NCBI GenBank assembly: GCA_031556065.1
Contig: JAVBTR010000012.1
Coordinates: 31-64,030 of the forward strand
Origin: Eubacteriales bacterium
GTDB lineage: Bacteria > Bacillota > Clostridia > Christensenellales > Aristaeellaceae
DNA: 64,000 nucleotides
Direction: 5' to 3'
Part shown: positions 57,735-64,000 of the stretch, piece after piece
How the letters are laid out: each line of letters begins with the position of its first letter
How positions within the stretch are numbered: the stretch's first letter is position 1
Translations under genes and position numbers: made by a program
The notes under the pieces: model-generated
Database searches by the model: none
Told to the model about the DNA's origin: nothing
Seen by the model: only the letters and a program-made list of their open reading frames with translations

Positions 57735-58427
57735 TTAATCGTTGGTGGCATCTCCATTCCCGAATACCGGGATAGGTTCCCCTAAATAGGTGGGGGCAGG
57801 CTGGGTGATTCCCCAGATAAAATCCTTGATCCGTGCCAGGTATTCCCGGATGTCGTAATACCGTTGGCGGGCATAGCTGTCCAGATCGGAGGCCACGCCG
57901 TAGGCTTCCAAGCCCATGCGCTCGGCATCGTAAATAGCCCGGTAAAGATGGTAGCGCTGGGTGACGATAACCACCTTTTTCGCCTGGAAGATGTCCCTTG
58001 CCCGGTACATGCTTTCATAGGTGGAAAAGCCCGCGTGATCCATGAAAATGTCGCTGGATGGCACATCCCGTTCTATGGCGAAGGCCTTCATGGCATTCAC
58101 TTCGTCGTAGTTGATGCGTCCATGATCGCCGCTCATCAGAAGCTTTGGGGCCCCGCCGGCCTTATATATGTCGATCCCTACCAATACCCGATGGGATAGC
58201 ATAGTGCTGGGGGTGCCATCACCTCTTACCCCTGCGCCCAGCACCAAAACACAATCCATATTAAGGTTGGCGGCTTCTTCGGTGGTAAGGATTTTGTCCT
58301 TGGTAGAAAGGATTACATAGGCGTTTATGGCAATGGTGGTAAGGCCCGCGCACAGACCTGCGATCACAAAAAAGCGGAAGGTTCGAAACAGCAGGCCATG
58401 CTTTTTTCTTGGGGTGGTTTTACTCAT
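57735..58427 (-). CDS. SanA/YdcF (DUF218) family protein
   Basis: An N-terminal TM helix is followed by DCVLVLGAGV...LLMSGDHG...YDEVNAMK...FMDHAGFSTYESMYRA. Confidence 0.85.
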   Translation of the reverse strand: MSKTTPRKKHGLLFRTFRFFVIAGLCAGLTTIAINAYVILSTKDKILTTEEAANLNMDCVLVLGAGVRGDGTPSTMLSHRVLVGIDIYKAGGAPKLLMSGDHGRINYDEVNAMKAFAIERDVPSSDIFMDHAGFSTYESMYRARDIFQAKKVVIVTQRYHLYRAIYDAERMGLEAYGVASDLDSYARQRYYDIREYLARIKDFIWGITQPAPTYLGEPIPVFGNGDATND

Positions 58428-58527
58428 AATGGATGGTTCATCCTCTCTTGTATTGGCGTTACATAACCATAACGAGAGAGGGAAGCAAAAATTCCCAAAA
58501 GAGAGTGCATGGAAAAAGGAACACTGG

Positions 58528-60300
58528 TTATTTGAGCATCCGCCATAAGGTGCTTCTGCTAATACCAAGCCGTTGGGCTGCTTTTGTTTGGTTTCCTTCT
58601 TCCTGAGCCAGGATGAGCTTCACAATGCTTTTTGTGATGGTGTCAAGGGTCGCGCCTGGCGCAAGAAGGGTGCTTGGCACATGGGCCTCTTCTGTTAAAA
58701 GCGCTTCCTGGGCAAGTACGCTGCGCAGCTCTTGCTCGTCTATGATGTTTTTGTTGCAAAGCAGCATCACTTGCATGATGACACGTTTGAGCTGTGCGTA
58801 ATTTTCTGTCCAGCTGAAGGCCTGAATTAGTTTAACTGCGCTTTCTTCCATCCCAATAATCTGCTTGCCAAGGGTCACGTTTAAGGAGCTGATGCAAAGG
58901 CTGATAAGATTGTGGACCTCGCTCATGGAATCTCTAAGGGGCGGCAGCATTATTTTCAGGGAAGTGGCGTGCTCCATTAAGCAATGGTACAAGCGGTTGT
59001 CCATTTCGCCTTCAGGCGAAAGTGTGAAAGCGAATAGCAGCTTGTTCCGCCTAGCGGCGTTGGTTTCTTCAACAAAATCGAACAATTGCTGGGATAGCAC
59101 GGCGGACAGGCATTGGCAGTTTTTAAAAACCACCATGTGGCCAGTGCTGCTCAACGGAGATTGATGGTTTTCAAGCAAATACCGCCAGCCCTTTTCTTTG
59201 GCGGTTTCGCAGTCGACGATCATCATGGGATGGTTAACGCAGTCGCTTTGAAGATACAGCATGACGGCCAGGCTATCCCGGCCGGTGCCGCGTTCCCCGG
59301 TTACGACCAACGGAAGGTCGACGCAGTGGTACCGCTCTACTTGCTTGTGAATCAAATCGCTTTTGAGGCCAATGGTGTAAAAGCTTTTCAAGTGTTCGTC
59401 CTGGGCATCGGTCTTTGAAAGGTAATCGATGCCGGATTGCTCATCCAGCCCTTGAGAGCTGATAAAAAAGGTGGTGCAAAGGCCGGTGCTTTCATAGGCG
59501 GTTCGTTTGGTCTCGATGATGAATTGCTGTCCCATATCCTTGTTCTTCTTGATAAATGAGTAATCTGCCATATCAGGCCTGGTGGCAAGCTCACGCTTTA
59601 ATATGGGCAGAAGGTATTCCCTTGCCCCCTTAAGGTTGTCGATAAGAAGCGTGTTTTGACTGTCGAATGCAGCCATGAGGATGGGGGTGTTGGCGATGAC
59701 CTGCTTAAGCTGCTCATTGTGCTGCTTGAGTTCTGCCGCTAGGCGGAATTGCTCCATGGCCTGATCGAATGCGTTGTCGATGCTTTCTGTGCCGGATGTG
59801 AGGAGAACGGAATTCATTCCGGCTTCCTTTGCCAGGCGGCTGGTGACCATATCCCCGATCACCATGCGGTAACTTTTTTCTTTCAGTTCGTGAAGAACGC
59901 TGGCGGCTTGCTCGGGGCTGTGAATGGTTACAATCTCAATATCGCTTTTGATCAGGTCCTGCAAAAGCCGGGCCACAGTTGTAATAGAAGGAAAGCCTAC
60001 AATGGCATGCCTCTCTGTGAAATTCTGCACAAGCCGGATGGCCCTTAAAATATCGTACACCGAAAGGGCGATTTCAACCACCGGCAGGTGGGTGGCGTCG
60101 CGTATCATTTCTGCGGTGCCGCCCCGGGAAAGAATGACGTCGTATTTGCCTGGTTCAATGGTGCGCGCGATATAGGCACCCTCTTCCAGATCGCCTACAT
60201 AAACGGTCAGGGCGATTTCAGGGCGCTTTTGCGCCGCGTCCATTAAAGCCAAGCGCATTCCTTCGTAAGGGGCGATTGCGAGCATACTGATTCTGTTCAT
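58528..60300 (-). CDS. PrpR-N domain regulator with a degenerate sigma-54-activator AAA+ core and a Fis-type HTH
   Basis: The PrpR_N part is IAPYEGM...DVILSRGGTAEMIRD...PVVEI. The central domain has GERGTGRD in place of GESGTGKE, and I cannot recognise a GAFTGA loop or a DE Walker B motif. The C-terminus is KAAQRLGISRSTLWRMLK. Confidence 0.75.
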   Translation of the reverse strand: MNRISMLAIAPYEGMRLALMDAAQKRPEIALTVYVGDLEEGAYIARTIEPGKYDVILSRGGTAEMIRDATHLPVVEIALSVYDILRAIRLVQNFTERHAIVGFPSITTVARLLQDLIKSDIEIVTIHSPEQAASVLHELKEKSYRMVIGDMVTSRLAKEAGMNSVLLTSGTESIDNAFDQAMEQFRLAAELKQHNEQLKQVIANTPILMAAFDSQNTLLIDNLKGAREYLLPILKRELATRPDMADYSFIKKNKDMGQQFIIETKRTAYESTGLCTTFFISSQGLDEQSGIDYLSKTDAQDEHLKSFYTIGLKSDLIHKQVERYHCVDLPLVVTGERGTGRDSLAVMLYLQSDCVNHPMMIVDCETAKEKGWRYLLENHQSPLSSTGHMVVFKNCQCLSAVLSQQLFDFVEETNAARRNKLLFAFTLSPEGEMDNRLYHCLMEHATSLKIMLPPLRDSMSEVHNLISLCISSLNVTLGKQIIGMEESAVKLIQAFSWTENYAQLKRVIMQVMLLCNKNIIDEQELRSVLAQEALLTEEAHVPSTLLAPGATLDTITKSIVKLILAQEEGNQTKAAQRLGISRSTLWRMLK

Positions 60301-60488
60301 ATAAACTCCTAGGTGTTTAAAAATAAAACAACAAAACGGGAAAAATAGTTCGAAACAAATATTATGTTCTAAAATGATACTATTTGGATTGGTTTGCAGA
60401 TTTACAGACGCCACAATTTTGATTAAACTGCATATAGATTGTAACACAAAGACAGCAATGTGTCATTAGCTAAAGATAAAGTTCAAAA

Positions 60489-60504
60489 GGGCACATCGAT
60501 TGTT
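60489..60504 (+). promoter_or_regulatory. Weak sigma-54-like -24/-12 element
   Basis: GGGCAC-atcga-TTGTTT compared with the consensus TGGCAC-N5-TTGC. The -12 GC is imperfect. It lies 44 nt upstream of the kinase ATG. Confidence 0.3.
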
Positions 60505-60547
60505 TCAAAATAGAGCGAATGATGAAGGCTCAGGGGGAGGCGGGAAA

Positions 60548-61855
60548 ATGGTGAAGCTGCTGATCATTGCTGATGATTTTACAGGGGCGTTGGACACAGG
60601 CGTGAAATTTGCCAAGGCTGGAGCCCGCACGGCCGTTATTTGCGCAAGCATGGTGAAAAAAGAGAGCTTTAAAATGGATGCGCAGGTATTGGTGGTAGAC
60701 GCTGGAACAAGGCATCTTAAAAAGGAAGAAGCCTACCGCATTGTTTGGAATTTGACAAAGCTGGGCTATGCATGGCCGGATATACGTTTGTATAAGAAAA
60801 CCGATTCGGCCCTCCGGGGAAACATTGGCAGCGAACTGACCGCTATGCTGGACGCCTCTGAACAATCGGTGATGGCCTTTGTGCCCGCGCTGCCGGAGCA
60901 AAACCGCGTGACCGTACATTCCGTTCAGCTCGCGGATGGCAGGCCCATTAGCGAGAGCGAATTGGGAAGGGATTTATTTGAACCCATTTCCTGTTCATAT
61001 ATTCCAGATTTGATTAAAGCGCAAAGTGATGTGAAGACGGTATCCGTTTTTCGGGATGCCTATGAGCAGGTTGATTTTTCGGGCTCGGATCAGCGCATTT
61101 TGATTTATGACGCCACGGGGGATGAAGACATGGTACGCATTGCTGAAAGCCTTGGAAGGGCGAAAAAGCTCCAGGTGTTGGCAGGCTGTGCGGCATTTGC
61201 AGCAGTGCTTCCCAAAGTGCTTCATTTGGATGGGGAGGTTTCTTCGCCGGTTATGGGTGCCGGAAAGCTGGTGGCCATATGCGGCAGCATCAACCCTATT
61301 ACTCAAAGGCAGCTTGAGCATGGGGAAAAAGCGGGCTACGCGCGTATCAATTTAAGCGCTGAAATGATTTTGAAGGAGAGCTTTTCAGCCGGAGATATTG
61401 CCGATACGGTTGTCCGGCGCCTCCAAACCGCGGATGTGGTGATGGTGGATGCCAATAATCTTGGGCATCTGAATGAAAAGATGGATTACGCCGCCCGGCT
61501 TGGAATTGCCAAAGAGGAGATGCGCACGCGGATCGCGCGGCGTCTGGGGGAAATTGGGAAGCATGTCTTAAAATTGGGGCCCGACGCGCTGATGACCTTT
61601 GTTGGCGGCGATACGCTCAATGGCTTCCTGGATCAAATTTCTTGGGAAAAGTTAACTCCGGTCAAGGAAATAACCAATGGCTGCGTTTTATCATTAGTGC
61701 ATACGGGTGAAGGTGCTTTTCCCGTTATCAGCAAGTCCGGTGGATTGGGCGAGGCAGATTGGCTTACGCAGTTGGCAGGCTATATGAGAGGTGAAGGCAC
61801 GTGCTCAAAGGGAAAACCGCAGTCGTTACAGGTGGAACAAGGGGCATTGGCCTAG
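60548..61855 (+). CDS. Four-carbon acid-sugar kinase family protein (DUF1537)
   Basis: The N-terminus is MVKLLIIADDFTGALDTG. The C-terminal nucleotide-binding half contains GGDT and SKSGG. Confidence 0.85.
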   Translation: MVKLLIIADDFTGALDTGVKFAKAGARTAVICASMVKKESFKMDAQVLVVDAGTRHLKKEEAYRIVWNLTKLGYAWPDIRLYKKTDSALRGNIGSELTAMLDASEQSVMAFVPALPEQNRVTVHSVQLADGRPISESELGRDLFEPISCSYIPDLIKAQSDVKTVSVFRDAYEQVDFSGSDQRILIYDATGDEDMVRIAESLGRAKKLQVLAGCAAFAAVLPKVLHLDGEVSSPVMGAGKLVAICGSINPITQRQLEHGEKAGYARINLSAEMILKESFSAGDIADTVVRRLQTADVVMVDANNLGHLNEKMDYAARLGIAKEEMRTRIARRLGEIGKHVLKLGPDALMTFVGGDTLNGFLDQISWEKLTPVKEITNGCVLSLVHTGEGAFPVISKSGGLGEADWLTQLAGYMRGEGTCSKGKPQSLQVEQGALA

Positions 61856-62544
61856 CTATTTCCCTTAAGCTTGCGCAACATGGCGCAAATATTGTTTTAA
61901 ACGGTGTCCACAAAGAGAGCCTTGAAACCACTGGGGAAAAAATCAAAGCCCTGGGGGTTGGCTACGAGTGTGTGGCGGGAGATGTCAGCTTGCCTGAAAC
62001 AGGGGTGCAGCTTTTAAAAACAGTGGAGGCTGCCTTTGGAAAGGTTGATATTCTGGTTAATAACGCGGGCATCAATCTGCGTGTTCCCTTTATGGAGCTG
62101 GAAGCGGAGCAGTGGTTGAAGCTGATCAATGTTAACCTGAACGGCACTTTTTATGTGACCCACTCGCTGCTGCCGCTAATGATAAAAGGTGCCAATGCAA
62201 GCGTTGTTAATATTTCCTCCTCTGCGGCAAAGACGCCTCATGCCAACGCGGCGGCAGGCTACGCCGCTTCAAAGGGCGGCGTGAACGGGCTGACTAGGCA
62301 ATTGGCTTATGAGCTGGCGCAGTATGGAATCAGGGTCAATGCCATTTGTCCTGGCCCCATTGAAACGGATATGACAGCCCAATGGCCTGAGGGTTATCTG
62401 GATAAGGTGCTAAACAAAATCCCGCTTAGGCGCCTTGGCCGGGTGGAGGATGTGGCAAACGCGGTTTTGTTTCTTGCGTCGGACGCATCTGCGTTTATTA
62501 CGGGCGAAAGCATTAATGTAAACGGCGGAGCCTATATGGATTGA
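61801..62544 (+). CDS. SDR-family oxidoreductase (FabG-like)
   Basis: TGGTRGIG, NNAG and YAASK. It uses a GTG start and overlaps the kinase 3' end. Confidence 0.85.
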   Translation: MLKGKTAVVTGGTRGIGLAISLKLAQHGANIVLNGVHKESLETTGEKIKALGVGYECVAGDVSLPETGVQLLKTVEAAFGKVDILVNNAGINLRVPFMELEAEQWLKLINVNLNGTFYVTHSLLPLMIKGANASVVNISSSAAKTPHANAAAGYAASKGGVNGLTRQLAYELAQYGIRVNAICPGPIETDMTAQWPEGYLDKVLNKIPLRRLGRVEDVANAVLFLASDASAFITGESINVNGGAYMD

Positions 62545-62555
62545 GGGGATAAGGA

Positions 62556-63689
62556 ATGTATACGTTGAAGCTTCCTTGCAGTGTCTTTTCGGGGCAGAAC
62601 GCGCTGGGGCAGATTGCCTCTATTGTAAAGGGCTTCCACCAGGTAACACTTTTTACCGATCAGGGAATTGTGGGGGCAGGGCTGTCGGATAAGCTGAGGT
62701 GCCTGATTGAGCAAGCCGGATGCCATGTAAACGTCATAGATCATTTGACAGCGGAACCCACGCTTAATGAAGCCCAGGAAGCAGTAGACGCGTTTCACCA
62801 GGGCGGCGGCCAGGCGGTCATTGGTTTAGGCGGGGGAAGCGTGATGGACGTGGCGAAGCTGGCGTCCTTGCAAGAGGCTAAGGGGGGCCTGAAAACCTAT
62901 TTAGAGCAGCCTTCCTTGGCCCGAAAAGCCGTGCCGCTGATACTGATCCCCACCACAGCGGGTACGGGTGCGGAGGCGACGCCTAACGCCATTGTGGCGT
63001 TGCCGGAGCTTCAAGTGAAGGTAGGGATCGTAAGCCGTGAAATGGTGGCGGACTATGTGATTCTAGACCCGGCTATGACTGCCAGCACGCCCAAGCCTGT
63101 AGCGGCAGCGGCCTGTGTGGATGCCCTCGCCCATGCGATTGAATGCTATACCTCAAAAAAGGCCACGCCCTTTAGCGATCTATTCGCTATGGAGGCCATG
63201 AAGCTTATTTTCCGCCATGGGGAGGCAGGCTGTATTGAAGGGGAAGAAAAAGCCCGTGAAGCCTTGCTGGTTGCAGCTTTTTATGCCGGGGTAGCCATTG
63301 CCGCGTCCGGCACCACGGCGGTTCACGCGTTGTCCTATCCCCTTGGGGGGCGTTTCCACATTGCTCACGGGGTGGCCAATGCTATTTTACTTGCACCAGT
63401 TATGCGTTTTAACGAGCCTGCGGTCAGAGGACGGCTGGCCAATGTATGCGATATGGCCCTTGGCTTCACAGAAGAAAGCGCGGCTGTGAAAGCGCAGCGG
63501 GTGATCGGGCGTATTGAAGAAATGGTCAAGGCATTAGCAATTCCTCAAACGCTTTCCGGCTTCAATGTCACATCGGCGCATTTGGATGAATTGGTTGCAT
63601 CTGCCTTGCAAGTAACACGGCTTTTGGATAACAATCCCCGGGTGGTTTTGGCGGAAGATGCCTGTAGAATCTATTCCCAGGTTTTATAA
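62556..63689 (+). CDS. Iron-containing (group III) alcohol dehydrogenase
   Basis: GLGGGSVMDVAK plus the conserved His-rich motifs (HAIE, HALS, HG). Confidence 0.85.
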   Translation: MYTLKLPCSVFSGQNALGQIASIVKGFHQVTLFTDQGIVGAGLSDKLRCLIEQAGCHVNVIDHLTAEPTLNEAQEAVDAFHQGGGQAVIGLGGGSVMDVAKLASLQEAKGGLKTYLEQPSLARKAVPLILIPTTAGTGAEATPNAIVALPELQVKVGIVSREMVADYVILDPAMTASTPKPVAAAACVDALAHAIECYTSKKATPFSDLFAMEAMKLIFRHGEAGCIEGEEKAREALLVAAFYAGVAIAASGTTAVHALSYPLGGRFHIAHGVANAILLAPVMRFNEPAVRGRLANVCDMALGFTEESAAVKAQRVIGRIEEMVKALAIPQTLSGFNVTSAHLDELVASALQVTRLLDNNPRVVLAEDACRIYSQVL

Positions 63690-63704
63690 AGGGGAGTGAG
63701 AAAA

Positions 63705-64000
63705 GATGAATGGCCATCTAAAGGGAATCGTCGTTCCGATTATTACACCCATGAGGGCGGATGAAAGCATTGATGAAAAGGCCCTGCGCGAACATGTGGA
63801 GCGTATGATTCAGGCAGGGATACACGGCATTTTTTGCCTGGGCACCAACGGTGAGGCATTTGCTCTTGATATGGAAGAAAAACGCCGTGTGATCGCAGCC
63901 ACGGTGGAGCAGGTGAATAAGCGGGTGCCAGTATATGCAGGCACGGGCTGCGTTACCACAAGGGAGACCCTTCAATTGTCTAAGGCGGCTAAAGAACTGG
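63705..64000 (+). CDS. DapA/DHDPS-NAL family aldolase (5' part, truncated by the window end)
   Basis: My manual translation is MNGHLKGIVVPIITPMRADESIDEKALREHVERMIQAGIHGIFCLGTNGEAF. Confidence 0.75.

Noticed and set aside
1-64000. A search for CRISPR arrays, rRNA genes, IS transposases, and integron or retron features.
   Set aside because: I saw no regularly spaced direct repeats, no rRNA-like sequence, no DDE, IS200 or reverse-transcriptase motifs in any ORF, and no attC-like series.

Overview
This 64 kb window looks like a Firmicutes/Clostridia-type chromosome. Supporting signs are GGAGG ribosome-binding sites, a T-box leader, a BceRS-AB-type module, hisZ, and tRNAs with encoded CCA. Most of it is ordinary, moderately GC-rich housekeeping and accessory DNA:
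- glf and a padR-DUF2812 pair divergent from xylAB
- an LCP protein
- a Bce-like TCS/ABC peptide-resistance module
- secG
- a TetR-controlled MacAB-like ABC efflux operon
- an oxidative-stress cluster (gpx, TSCPD, OhrR-like regulator)
- glyQS
- a T-box(Trp)-controlled orphan TrpX-like binding protein
- a GH18 protein
- hisZGDBA-IE
- a 5+1 tRNA cluster
- a GGDEF protein, two VOC proteins, an ECF sigma/anti-sigma pair and a MerR/GyrI regulator
- SanA
- a PrpR-like regulator beside a DUF1537-kinase acid-sugar cluster

The outstanding region is a visibly AT-richer island of about 15.5 kb (about 33.9-49.3 kb). It starts just after tRNA-Leu(TAA) and ends with a large serine recombinase. Its backbone genes are typical of clostridial integrative elements: TnpV, a DUF6809-like protein, an RHH protein, an XRE regulator and a sigma-70 region 4-like HTH protein.

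The island's cargo is a five-gene operon (35493-45947) in which every junction overlaps:
- a protein with a CoiA-like Cys/His N-terminus
- a long coiled-coil protein with a degenerate P-loop-like C-terminal domain
- an orphan 339-aa protein
- a 1744-aa DEAH helicase fused to a DUF1998/MrfA-type zinc module (DruE-like)
- a Dam-class m6A methyltransferase

I read this as a Druantia/DISARM-related defence system that does not match a canonical architecture. It is the main candidate for something new. A roughly 300-bp inverted duplication lies immediately downstream of it.

I found no CRISPR array, no rRNA and no transposase-type IS element.
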